From Armatimonadota bacterium (lineage in GTDB: Bacteria; Armatimonadota; UBA10988), in NCBI GenBank assembly GCA_016235455.1, contig JACRKZ010000097.1, positions 1 to 28,707 on the forward strand: a DNA stretch of 28,707 bases. The letters run 5' to 3'. Shown one piece after another: positions 1-8,743 of this stretch; positions within the stretch are counted from its first letter, which is position 1, and the number at the start of each line of letters is the position of its first letter. The notes beneath the pieces were generated by a model, which was not told where the DNA came from, did no database searches, and saw only the letters and a list, made by a program, of their open reading frames with translations. Both the position numbers and the translations under genes were made by a program.

Positions 1-1460
1 GAGCCGAAGATGTCCAGCTTCAGCCGCGCCTCGCGCAGTCCGACCAAGTCGGCCTGGGTCACGGCGCGCGTGACCGGCTGGGCGGCGATGGCTGGCACCG
101 GCGCGGTGATGGCCTCGCTCGAGCACAGCGCGGCCAGCTTGGCCGGGTCGCCGTCGAGTTCGAGCATCTGGCCGCCGCCGGGCTGGAGCATGAGCTTCAC
201 GGTCGAGCCGGGTTGGGTCCAGTCGCCAGCGCCGAGCACGCGGATGCCGCGCACCGCCGGGGCGAAGGTCACCGTCACCGGCCGGTCGGGCAGCTCGCCG
301 GCCACCTTGCTCACGCGCGCATTGACCACCATGGCCAGCGGCCTGGCATCGTCACTGGTCAGGATGCCGACGATCAGGTCGCTGCTCATGCCCGTGATCA
401 GCTTGCCGGCCGCGGGCGGGTTGAGCCCGGCCGGCAACTTGGCGGCAGGTTCGGGGAAGGGCCACGACGCGTTGCCGCCGGTGAACGCGGTGCCGAACAG
501 GCCGCTGGACGTACGGCCCAGCACACGGCGGCCCCAGGGCAGCGCGCGCTGGTTGACCTCGCGGGCCACGGGCCAGTTGGCCGTGCGCGCGGCCACGGCT
601 TCCTCGGGCGTCTTGTGCGGGCCGAGCTTCTGCAGGGAGTCGGAGTTGTAGCAGAAGTACCAGTAGCCCTCGGCGCCGTAGGCCAGCGCCAGGTAGGCCG
701 GATAGCGCAGCAGCGAGTCACTCACCGGCGTGGCGGGGTTGGGCGGCGCGGCGTTGAACATCGGCCAGAACAGCACGCCGTTGGCCTGGCAGGCGCGGCT
801 GTAGTCCCAGTAGGTCTGGGCATAGCTGCGCGCGTGCGCCTCGGCGCTCTGGCCGGGCGAGTAGAGCGTCGGGTAGATCTGCGGATCGCCGATGGGGTTG
901 TTGTTGGCCGCCAGATTGGCCGGCGAGATCCAGCCGCAGAGCCAGGGCATGAGGTGCGGCTTCTTGGCGTACAGCAGGTCGGTGCAGCCCTTGGAGCGGG
1001 GTGACACGGCGCCCTGATCGTCGCCGATCATGAAGCCGATGAGCGCGGGATGGTTGCCGACCTTGTCGATCAGCCAGGCCAGTTCCTCGACGCTGGCGGG
1101 ATGGTGAGTGGGATGCTCGCTGGGGGGCAGCTTCTGGCCACCCCAGGGCTTCTCGTTCTTGGCGTAGGTGTCCATGAACACCTTCAGCCCGTGCTTTCCA
1201 CACAGGTCGAGCTGACGGCGGATCTCGCCGTCGTCGCCGGTGCCATACAGGTTCATGTAGCGGCCAGTCATGACCGTGTTGAACCCGCACTCGCGGTACA
1301 TGGCCAGCTCGACATCGTTGCAGTCCGGCCCCCACCAGGCGCCGATGACGAAGTCCTTGAAGCGGAAATCCCAGTTGGCCCGCGGCGCCTTGGGCTGCGC
1401 GCCGGCCACCGTGGCCCACGCGAGCACCAGCGCCGACACCACTCGCCAGTGTCGTCGCAT
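1..1460 (-). CDS. Secreted glycoside-hydrolase-like protein (putative TIM barrel), partial; 3' end runs off the window
   Basis: Translated by hand; not in the ORF track because it has no stop in the window. ATG at 1460 with upstream GGAG. Signal peptide MRRHWRVVSALVLAWATVAGA, then FVIGAWWGP, GFNTVM, GLKVFMD, HPALIGFMIGDD and AYGAEGYWYFCY. Frame appears open to base 1. Confidence 0.8.
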   Translation of the reverse strand, partial: MRRHWRVVSALVLAWATVAGAQPKAPRANWDFRFKDFVIGAWWGPDCNDVELAMYRECGFNTVMTGRYMNLYGTGDDGEIRRQLDLCGKHGLKVFMDTYAKNEKPWGGQKLPPSEHPTHHPASVEELAWLIDKVGNHPALIGFMIGDDQGAVSPRSKGCTDLLYAKKPHLMPWLCGWISPANLAANNNPIGDPQIYPTLYSPGQSAEAHARSYAQTYWDYSRACQANGVLFWPMFNAAPPNPATPVSDSLLRYPAYLALAYGAEGYWYFCYNSDSLQKLGPHKTPEEAVAARTANWPVAREVNQRALPWGRRVLGRTSSGLFGTAFTGGNASWPFPEPAAKLPAGLNPPAAGKLITGMSSDLIVGILTSDDARPLAMVVNARVSKVAGELPDRPVTVTFAPAVRGIRVLGAGDWTQPGSTVKLMLQPGGGQMLELDGDPAKLAALCSSEAITAPVPAIAAQPVTRAVTQADLVGLREARLKLDIFG

Positions 1461-1649
1461 TGCCTACTCCTTGCGGCCCCAGCCACCGATCAGTGTAGCA
1501 CATCGAGGAGCGCTAGGGCAAACGTTGGCCATGGCCGGACGCAGGGGATACCGAAGGCGATTGCGGCGCGTGGCGCGCGCCTTGCGGTTCCGTTCACGGC
1601 CGATAACCGATCGCGAGGTATACTAAGTGTCCCCCGAGAGAGGCCCACC

Positions 1650-3017
1650 ATGCCAGACCCCATCCTGCAGCCCGGCGACCGCATCACACTCACCATCGAT
1701 AGGCTTGCCTATGGTGGCGAGGGAGTGGGCCGTCACGAGGGTATGACCGTCTTCGTGGGCGAGGTCTGCCCCGGCGAAACCGTCGCGATCGAGATCACCG
1801 AGGTCAAGCCGCGTTTTGCGCGCGGCACACTGCGCGAGGTGGTGCGTGCCGCCGCCGAGCGCGTGCCGGCGTTGTGCCCCATCTATGGCCAGTGCGGCGG
1901 CTGCCAGTTGCAGCACCTCGACTATCCGGCCCAGGTAGCCAGCAAGACCGAGGCGGTGCGCGACGCCATGCGTCGGCTCGGGCGCCTGCCCGATGTCGAA
2001 GTGCGCGACTGCCTGCCCTCGCCGCTGCCCTTCGGCTACCGCAACAAGATTGAGCTGACCGCCACCAACGACGAGAACGGCCGCATCGCGCTGGCTTACC
2101 ACACCGTGGGCGACGACCACTACCTGGTGCCCGTGCAGGACTGCCCGCTGGCCCTGCCCGAGGTCAACGGCATGTTGGAGGCTGTGCTGCCCTGGCTGCA
2201 CGACACCGGCTGGGCGCCGTATGACCTGGAGAACAGCACCGGCCTGATCCGCGAGGTCGGCCTGCGTTTCTCCACCAGCACGCGCGAAGCCAACATGATG
2301 CTGATCAGCGGCCGCCGCGACCTGCCCGACAAGTCGCACTGGATTGAGCGGCTGCGCGCGGTGCTGCCCGAACTGGTCGGCATCCGCCATCGTGCGCGCA
2401 CCCGCGCCTCGCAGAACCCGCACGGCCGCACCGTCTCGGCGCGCGTCGGCCGGCCGATGCATGTCAAGCTCGGCGAGCTGAGCCTGCGTGTCTCGCCCGA
2501 CGCCTTCTTCCAGGTCAATGAGTGGATGCTGGCCCCGCTGGCCGACCAGGTGATCGCCGCGCTCAACCCGCGCCTGGACGACGTGGTGGCCGACCTCTAT
2601 GCGGGTGTGGGCACATTCGGCCTGGCCGTGGCCAACGCCGTGCGCGAGGTGGTGCTGTTGGAGGTCGATCCCGACGCCAGCACCGATGCCGAGGCCAACA
2701 TCAAGTTCAACAAGCTCGACAATGTGCGCGTGGAGCATGGCCAGGTGGAGCAGAAGCTGAGTTGGCTGAGCCGCGAGGTCAAGCCCACCAAGCTCATCCT
2801 CGACCCGCCGCGCCAGGGCCTGAGCGATGCCGTGGTGCGCATCGCCGTGAGCGCCAAGCCGCGTGGGATTGCCTACGTGTCGTGCGATCCGACCACCTTG
2901 GCGCGCGACTTGAGCCGGTTCGCGGCGGCGGGCTACCGCACGCAGTGGGTGCAGCCGCTGGACCTCTTCCCGCAGACCTACCACGTCGAGTGCGTAGCGT
3001 CGCTGGTGCGTGCTTAG
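1650..3017 (+). CDS. rlmD: 23S rRNA (uracil-C5)-methyltransferase RlmD/RumA family
   Basis: N-terminal TRAM domain (IDRLAYGGEGVGR), Fe-S motif CPIYGQCGGC, DLYAGVGTFG, LDPPRQG, YVSCDPTTLARD and DLFPQTYHVE. Start taken at ATG 1650 (MPDPILQ), downstream of a TATACT box at 1619-1624. Confidence 0.93.
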   Translation: MPDPILQPGDRITLTIDRLAYGGEGVGRHEGMTVFVGEVCPGETVAIEITEVKPRFARGTLREVVRAAAERVPALCPIYGQCGGCQLQHLDYPAQVASKTEAVRDAMRRLGRLPDVEVRDCLPSPLPFGYRNKIELTATNDENGRIALAYHTVGDDHYLVPVQDCPLALPEVNGMLEAVLPWLHDTGWAPYDLENSTGLIREVGLRFSTSTREANMMLISGRRDLPDKSHWIERLRAVLPELVGIRHRARTRASQNPHGRTVSARVGRPMHVKLGELSLRVSPDAFFQVNEWMLAPLADQVIAALNPRLDDVVADLYAGVGTFGLAVANAVREVVLLEVDPDASTDAEANIKFNKLDNVRVEHGQVEQKLSWLSREVKPTKLILDPPRQGLSDAVVRIAVSAKPRGIAYVSCDPTTLARDLSRFAAAGYRTQWVQPLDLFPQTYHVECVASLVRA

Positions 3018-3051
3018 GCAGGAGTCGGCGCTGGGGCCGCCAGCCGCGGCG

Positions 3052-4089
3052 CTAGCGGTCGTACCAATCCACGGAGTCGGCGGTGCGCTTGAGGCTGTCG
3101 CTCGCCCCGTCTCGCGGGCCGATGAGCGCCATGCGCACGTCGTACTTGACCCAGAAGAACAGCTTGGGCCGGACTTCGGTGGGCGTCTTGGGGGGTTCGG
3201 GCTCGCCGACTTCGCGTTCGCCGCGTGGCGGGTTGCCGCCCATGACCAGCATCAGCAGGTTGGGCCCGTAGTTGTAGCAGACCATGACCCGGCGCCGGAA
3301 AGGGTTCATGGGGAACGGCGGGGTCAAGCTGATGCTGTGGAACTGGTAGCCATCGGGCAGGTAGCTGGGGACGAGCAGGCGGATACCCGTGCGTTTGCGC
3401 AGGTCCTCACCCGAGGCGAAGCAGACCGGCCCCACCTTGGGATGGCCCATGTCCACTTCGGTCGCGCTGCCGGCCTGGACGTCCAGGTCGGAGTCGCTCA
3501 GCTGCGCCTGGAAGTTGACGTTGTCGTAGGAGATGGCGCGCCAGATGCGGCCGCGCCAGGAGACGATCAGCCGCAGCGCGACGAACTCGGTCTTGTCGAT
3601 CCAGGCCTCGTAGATGTGGCTCTTGTCGCGCCCACCCGAAACCTTGAGCCGGTAGCAGCTACGGCCGGCGACGTTGTCATCGCCCACCAGCTCCGAGCTG
3701 CCGCCCTTGATCATCCACTCCAGCACGCCCAGGCGATGCGCCCGACCGGTCTTGGCGCTGCCATAGCGGTAGACGCGGCCCTCGCTGGGCAGGTAGACCG
3801 CTGACGACTGGCCGCGATCGTTCATCTGGCAGCCCATGGCATAGGTACTGCCGCGGGTGACCTTGATGAACTCCTGGCCGCCCCGGCGACGGACCTCCAC
3901 GCCGACCGTGACCAGGCCGGCGTCGGTCTGGCGCTCGTCGAGCGTACCCACCGCGCGGTAGCAGGCTGAAGCTTCGTGGGCCACCCAGGCGGCGGCTATC
4001 TCGCCCGCGTCGAGGGCCAACGCACCGTGGCTGGCCAACAGCGCCAGCCCCGCAAACCATAACCAAGCGCGAAACACCCCTCGGATCAC
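3052..4089 (-). CDS. MucB/RseB-like (LolA-fold) extracytoplasmic anti-sigma regulator with a C-terminal DUF4367-like domain
   Basis: GTG 4089 after GAGGAG; signal peptide ending GALA; DNVAGRSCYRLKV...AWIDKTEFVALR...YDNVNF; C-terminal LLVPSYLPDGYQF. Third gene after sigma and anti-sigma. Confidence 0.7.
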   Translation of the reverse strand: MIRGVFRAWLWFAGLALLASHGALALDAGEIAAAWVAHEASACYRAVGTLDERQTDAGLVTVGVEVRRRGGQEFIKVTRGSTYAMGCQMNDRGQSSAVYLPSEGRVYRYGSAKTGRAHRLGVLEWMIKGGSSELVGDDNVAGRSCYRLKVSGGRDKSHIYEAWIDKTEFVALRLIVSWRGRIWRAISYDNVNFQAQLSDSDLDVQAGSATEVDMGHPKVGPVCFASGEDLRKRTGIRLLVPSYLPDGYQFHSISLTPPFPMNPFRRRVMVCYNYGPNLLMLVMGGNPPRGEREVGEPEPPKTPTEVRPKLFFWVKYDVRMALIGPRDGASDSLKRTADSVDWYDR

Positions 4090-4096
4090 GAGCGGG

Positions 4097-4582
4097 TCAC
4101 TCCTCGCGCGCCGGCGGCCTGCTGGGCACCGACGACACCGCAACCACCTGGTAGTCGGCCAGGCAGTCGTTGACAAACTGACTGTCGCTGTTGCTCAGCC
4201 GCACCTGGTTGCCGCCATTGATGACCACCACCGGCTCATCGCCGGGGCCACCGACCAGATTGGCGCCGAGCAGCGCCATCACCACGGTCATGGCGCCGGC
4301 AAAAGCCACCACGGCCGGACGCCGCAACTGTAGGCTCAGCGCGTCCATCAGGCTGGGCCGCACCGGTCGCGGCAACGCCCGCACCGAGCCCATGATGCGG
4401 TCGGTGAGGTCGTCGGGCGCGGCGGCCAGAGGCAGAGCGCGGAGCAGTTCGATGGCTTCGCGAGTGCTCGCCACCTCAGCGGCCAACTCAGGAGAGTTCG
4501 CCAGCTCGGCTTCGAACCGTTCGCGCTCGTCCGGACCCATGCGTCCGTCCAGGTATTGGTTGATGTGACGCAGACCGTCCAT
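4097..4582 (-). CDS. Transmembrane anti-sigma factor (zf-HC2/RsiW-like N-terminus without zinc ligands)
   Basis: YLDGRMGPDERERFEAELANSPEL, APDDLTDRIM, one TM helix (VVAFAGAMTVVMALLGANLV). Directly downstream of the ECF sigma gene; AGGTGA RBS. Confidence 0.85.
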   Translation of the reverse strand: MDGLRHINQYLDGRMGPDERERFEAELANSPELAAEVASTREAIELLRALPLAAAPDDLTDRIMGSVRALPRPVRPSLMDALSLQLRRPAVVAFAGAMTVVMALLGANLVGGPGDEPVVVINGGNQVRLSNSDSQFVNDCLADYQVVAVSSVPSRPPAREE

Positions 4583-4627
4583 CAGCTCACCTATGATAAT
4601 GGCCTAATCGTCCGCTTGACCAGTGCC

Positions 4628-5347
4628 TTACGGCGATCCTTGTCCCAGATAGGGTTCCAATTGCGCCTTCAATGCGGCGCGCGCGTGGAACAACCGCGAT
4701 TTTACCGTGCCCAGCGGGATACGCAAGGCCTCGGCCACCTCTTCGTAGCTCAAACCTTCCAGATCGTGCATGACGATCACCGCCCTGAGCTTGTCGCTCA
4801 GCACTTCCAGCGCCCGATGCACCTCTCGGCGCAGCTCGGCGCTCTGCAGCCGATGGCTCGGCTCCGAGCCCCAATCGGGCACTTCGAGTTCCACCTCGCC
4901 CGAGTCCGTCTCCAACGGCGCATCGAGCGAGCGTGCCACCACCGGCGTCCGTTGCCGCCGCCGGTAGCGGTCGACACACAGATTGGCCGTGACGCGATAG
5001 AGCCACGTCTGGAATGACGCTTGCGCCCGGTAGCGCGGCAACGTCTGGTAGACCTTGACGAACACCTCCTGCGTCAGGTCGGCCGCCTCCTCCATGCTGC
5101 CCAGCGAAGGTTGGCTGCCCAACATGCGCTGCACATGCGCGAAGACGCGCGGCTGGTACCTGCGCACCAGATGTTCATATGCGTCCACATCGCCGCTACG
5201 TACCCGCTCGATCAACTCCAAGTCGGTCGGGCCATACGCCGGCAGCTCGCCAGACGATCCCGCGTCCCGCGCGCCAAACTCGTCGCGCTGGTCGCTTTCG
5301 CCCGTTGGGACGCTCGCTGAGGCTGGGTGGTTCAGTCTGAATCGCAT
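4628..5347 (-). CDS. ECF RNA polymerase sigma factor (SigW/RpoE-like)
   Basis: Region 2: AADLTQEVFVKVY, FQTWLYRVTANLCVD. Region 4: EGLSYEEVAEALRIPLGTVKSRLFHAR. The start is uncertain; ATG 5347 overlaps the upstream stop (TGATG). Confidence 0.93.
   Translation of the reverse strand: MRFRLNHPASASVPTGESDQRDEFGARDAGSSGELPAYGPTDLELIERVRSGDVDAYEHLVRRYQPRVFAHVQRMLGSQPSLGSMEEAADLTQEVFVKVYQTLPRYRAQASFQTWLYRVTANLCVDRYRRRQRTPVVARSLDAPLETDSGEVELEVPDWGSEPSHRLQSAELRREVHRALEVLSDKLRAVIVMHDLEGLSYEEVAEALRIPLGTVKSRLFHARAALKAQLEPYLGQGSP
5309..5334 (-). promoter_or_regulatory. Candidate ECF-type promoter TGAACC-N16-CGTC
   Basis: Minus strand reads TGAACC ACCCAGCCTCAGCGAG CGTC, matching the common ECF AAC/CGT pattern, at the 5' end of the sigma gene. 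Confidence 0.45.
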
Positions 5348-6297
5348 CAATCGCCCGTTCCCGCGGGCACATCCACCCATATCGCCCTGCGATTCGACGA
5401 CTCCCGCAGAGCATCGGCGATCAGAACACTGCGCAGAGTCTCCTCGGCCACGCCGCCCCCGGCCCCGTCGAGGCCGCTGAGGAAGGCATGGAGGGCGCGG
5501 CCCGTGGAGTCGACCAGGCGGCTGGGGAAGAGCCGCTCGCGCGTGGCGGGGTCGGCCTGGAGGCCAAACCAGCGGCTCAACGTGGCGGACTCGTGGGCCA
5601 GATGCAGCCAGCCGGCGCGGTACCGGCCCAACTCCCCGGTCACGCAGAGGTCCGCCGACTCGGCGGCGGTGGTCAGCTGACCACCGCCGGCCAGCCGCGC
5701 CTCGACGCGGCCGTCGACCAGGCGCAGCGCGGCCACTGGGCCGCACAGCCAGTCCACCAGTGCCGCCACATGCCCCAGTTCCACCGGGCCGCCCACGGCG
5801 CCAAGAGTCACGTGCCGCAACGGCCCCAGCACGCCGCGCGCCAACGACCAGCGCAGCATGGCCAGCACGGCGCTGTACCGCGGCCAGGCCACGGCCGCCA
5901 GGTACAGGCCGCGCGCGACAGCCTCGTCGCGCCAGCCACGCACGGTGGCCAGGTCGACCGATTCGGGCCAGTCGGTGAGCACGTGGCAGCCGCGGGCCAG
6001 GCCCTGGGCCGCACGCAGAGGTTCGGGGTCAGCCACGATGTCGAACGGCGGTGCGTCGTCGCAGCGCCACAGCATCTCGGCCGAGGCGTAGAGACACGGC
6101 GCGGCCCCGGCGGTGATATGCGCGGGCAAGAGCCGCGGCGTAACCGACTCGGAGTGCGCGGGCGCCGGCTCCTCGCTCAGCGCGGCCAGGCAGGGCGACT
6201 CGGCCAGGTCGTGGTCGACCAGGCTCTTGAGTCCGTCCAGCACCAAGGCGCGGCTGCGTGCTTCGCCCAGGACTGCCCAGCGTCGCGCAGGGAACAT
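5347..6297 (-). CDS. Degenerate Gfo/Idh/MocA-family oxidoreductase-like protein
   Basis: ATG 6297 with GGAG 5 nt upstream. GLARGCHVLTDWP aligns with the family motif ALxxGKHVLxEKP; RYSAVLAMLRWSLARGVLGPLRHV, GHVAALVDWLCG and the C-terminal ETLRSVLIADALRES also follow the family layout. Confidence 0.65.
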   Translation of the reverse strand: MFPARRWAVLGEARSRALVLDGLKSLVDHDLAESPCLAALSEEPAPAHSESVTPRLLPAHITAGAAPCLYASAEMLWRCDDAPPFDIVADPEPLRAAQGLARGCHVLTDWPESVDLATVRGWRDEAVARGLYLAAVAWPRYSAVLAMLRWSLARGVLGPLRHVTLGAVGGPVELGHVAALVDWLCGPVAALRLVDGRVEARLAGGGQLTTAAESADLCVTGELGRYRAGWLHLAHESATLSRWFGLQADPATRERLFPSRLVDSTGRALHAFLSGLDGAGGGVAEETLRSVLIADALRESSNRRAIWVDVPAGTGD

Positions 6298-6389
6298 GGC
6301 CACTCCGTTCATCTCTAGCCAGTGGAGCGCGATTCGCCGCGGGCCAGCGGCGATCCTTTGGTGTGGCGCAACCGGCCCCTGGTTACAGT

Positions 6390-8306
6390 CTACAGCCCGC
6401 CGATGCCGGCGCCCGACGGCAGATGCAGCCCCCAGGCCAGGTCGACCAGCGTGCGCAGCAGGCCCGCGGCGAACTCGCCTACCACCAGCCCGATGAAGAA
6501 CGGCAGCGCCGCGCGGTAGGCGCGCAAGCCGCCATAGCGCAGCAGCGCCGATTTGATGGCCCAGGCCACGGTGATGGGCACCCACAAGCGCATCAGCGCA
6601 AAGCTGTTGGCCACCACCCAGCCCGCGGGATGCAGCGGCCACCAGATGAACCGCTGGCGCAGCGCGGTCAGCAGGCCGGTCATGGCCGCGCCGAAAAGAT
6701 ACGCCCAAGGCACGCCGCGGTCAAAGGGCTGCGGTGTGCTGAGCCGTCGCCCGAGCTGTTGCCAGGCGTCCATACCGAACGCCCAGCCCGCCGGGCCGGT
6801 GAACTTGGCGCCCTGCAGGCCGGCGTCGAAGCAGACGTGCATCATGGCCCAGAAGGCCACGGGAATGCCCACGATCGTGGCCAGCGCGATGGGCACGCCG
6901 AAGGAGCGCAAGTCGACGCCCGAGCGGTTGGCCAGCCGCAGGTTGGTCATCTGGTGCTGCAGGTTGTAGTTGCGCACCGTCCGGTGCATCCAGAAGAACA
7001 GCGTGAGCACGGTCAGGTCGGCCGGCTTGAGCCAGCCCGGCGCGCCGCGCCGCAGCATGTCGTCGGCGCCGCGCTGGTACAGCTCGATGCTGGGCAGCCC
7101 GACCTCGGCGCGCACCCGGGCCACGGCCAGAATGATGCTCAGCAGCAGCACCCAGTGCGCCAGGGCTGGGCCCCAAGCCATGCCAGCGGACACGGTGAAG
7201 CCGATCAGCGCGCCCGCGCCGGCCACGAAGCCCACCCAGGCCAGTCGGTAGGACATGGGCTCGCCGGAGTCGATGGCTGGCCGGCGGCCAAGCGCGCAGG
7301 CCACGGTGCGCGCCAGGTGGTGCCGCGCGGTCCACAGCGTCAGCAGCCCCAGTCCGACGAAGGCGCCCGAGGCCTGCTGGTTGACATAGGGGAAGCCGTC
7401 CCACGAGGTGTAGCCGAACATGGCGGCCACGACGCGCTCGAAGCGCGTGAGCAGGAAGAAGAACCAGCACGAGAACGACAGGTTGGTCGGCAACAGGAAC
7501 GACAGGCCCAAGGCGAAGGGGTAGAAGCAGATGGGGATGGTGCCCATGTGCTGCCAGGGGAAGCTCGTGAACTCGAAGTTGCGCACGCCCAGGTTGATGC
7601 TGGGCACGGCGGGTGTGATGGAACTGGCCAGGTTGAGCAATTGCGCCCCGGCGGCCAGTGCGAACCCGGCCCAGAACGGCAGCCGCCGCATCACGGTCAG
7701 GTCGGGGTCGGACAACGCCAGCGGCACCTCCTCCAGCGGGTAGCTGAGCCGCTCGTTCTCCCACTGGCGGCGCAGCAGCGCGCCCAGGCAGTAGAGTGTC
7801 CAGGCCATGACCAGCGCCACGATGCCCCAGGCCACGAGCGGCGGGGCGAAGGCGTGCCAATGCTCGGCGGTGTAGGCCGTCGAGTGCCCCTTGAGCACAT
7901 GGTCCAGCGTCCTGGCGCCATGCACCACCAGCCGGCCGGGCACGTGCGGCCAGATGAGCGCCTCCCACTGGTTCTCGGGAGTGGCCTGGCCGCGCAGGTA
8001 GATGATCTGGGTGAACAGGATCTGCAACTGGTCGTGGCCGGCGATGTTCGAGCCGATGACCAGCATGGCGTAGACGGTGATCAGCTCACCGGGCGAGAGG
8101 GCCCACGCCGGGCGTCGGCGTTCGAGCAGCAGGTTGACCGCGCGCAGGGCCAGCAGCATGGCCACGCAGTGGAAGAAGACCTGCGGAATGGTCGGGGTAT
8201 CGGAATAGCGTACGTACTCGATCTGGATCAGCCACCAGGCATTGGCCGGCAGCAGAGCCAGACCGAGAAGAACGGCGCGCGGCGTTACGGGCTGTACGGT
8301 GCGCAT
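6390..8306 (-). CDS. Polytopic membrane protein, DUF6785/DUF6784-type (putative transporter)
   Basis: About 638 aa with many TM segments. VTPRAVLLG, LSPGELITVYAML, RRQWENERLSYPL, LSFSCWFFFLL, ARVRAEVG, WWPLHPAGW and LLRYGGLRAYR...PFFIGLVVGE. Confidence 0.75.
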   Translation of the reverse strand: MRTVQPVTPRAVLLGLALLPANAWWLIQIEYVRYSDTPTIPQVFFHCVAMLLALRAVNLLLERRRPAWALSPGELITVYAMLVIGSNIAGHDQLQILFTQIIYLRGQATPENQWEALIWPHVPGRLVVHGARTLDHVLKGHSTAYTAEHWHAFAPPLVAWGIVALVMAWTLYCLGALLRRQWENERLSYPLEEVPLALSDPDLTVMRRLPFWAGFALAAGAQLLNLASSITPAVPSINLGVRNFEFTSFPWQHMGTIPICFYPFALGLSFLLPTNLSFSCWFFFLLTRFERVVAAMFGYTSWDGFPYVNQQASGAFVGLGLLTLWTARHHLARTVACALGRRPAIDSGEPMSYRLAWVGFVAGAGALIGFTVSAGMAWGPALAHWVLLLSIILAVARVRAEVGLPSIELYQRGADDMLRRGAPGWLKPADLTVLTLFFWMHRTVRNYNLQHQMTNLRLANRSGVDLRSFGVPIALATIVGIPVAFWAMMHVCFDAGLQGAKFTGPAGWAFGMDAWQQLGRRLSTPQPFDRGVPWAYLFGAAMTGLLTALRQRFIWWPLHPAGWVVANSFALMRLWVPITVAWAIKSALLRYGGLRAYRAALPFFIGLVVGEFAAGLLRTLVDLAWGLHLPSGAGIGGL

Positions 8307-8465
8307 CGGTGGCGGTGTGTTCGCCTCACCGATCGCACCACCTTCTTGGTCCTCGGCCGGCCGGCGGCGTTCAGCGCTCCGAAACAACGCGCCGCCGCGT
8401 GGCGCAGTAGTGGACCATACCGGCAGCGGCAACACAAGTGCCCACCGCGAGCCGGCGAGGTACCG

Positions 8466-8657
8466 ATGTCTGAGTTGGCGGGGTGGAGCAGCAGCGCGAT
8501 GTTGGCGGCGGCCGGCGGTCTGGTCGTCGCGGTGGGTGTGGCGGCTTACGTACTGAGCGCTCGTCGGCGGGACGGCCTGGACGAAATCCACCGGCCGCGC
8601 CTGCCGCGAGGGGATCGACGCCGGGTGCGGGCGCGACTGGGGAAGGTGGTCTCGTGA
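8466..8657 (+). CDS. Small single-TM membrane protein with a basic tail (63 aa)
   Basis: GAGG-N5-ATG; hydrophobic MLAAAGGLVVAVGVAAYVL followed by an Arg-rich C-terminus. Fills the gap before the DGC gene. Confidence 0.5.
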   Translation: MSELAGWSSSAMLAAAGGLVVAVGVAAYVLSARRRDGLDEIHRPRLPRGDRRRVRARLGKVVS

Positions 8658-8743
8658 GGCCAAACGTCGAACTAGTCGCGCTTGTGCTGAGACAAACGGG
8701 CCCGGTGTGGTATCACACAGTGGTGGGCCCGGGAACCAGTGTG

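Noticed and set aside
10-1503. ORF-track calls 10..651(+), 213..1004(+) and 718..1503(-)
   Set aside because: Shadow or alternate frames of the real minus-strand gene at 1..1460; no RBS or motif support.
1050-1649. 200-aa N-terminal extension of RlmD
   Set aside because: It overlaps the divergent gene antisense; RlmD similarity begins at ATG 1650 after a TATACT box.
4583-4627. Internal sigma70 promoter (TATCAT) before the anti-sigma gene
   Set aside because: The -35 match is weak with 18-bp spacing, and the transcript would start at or past the RBS.
6258-8465. 799-aa plus-strand ORF and similar long antisense ORFs (10908..12932, 15309..16607, 25104..26795)
   Set aside because: Expected antisense open frames in high-GC coding DNA. 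Only the last 63 aa of the 799-aa ORF look like a real gene.
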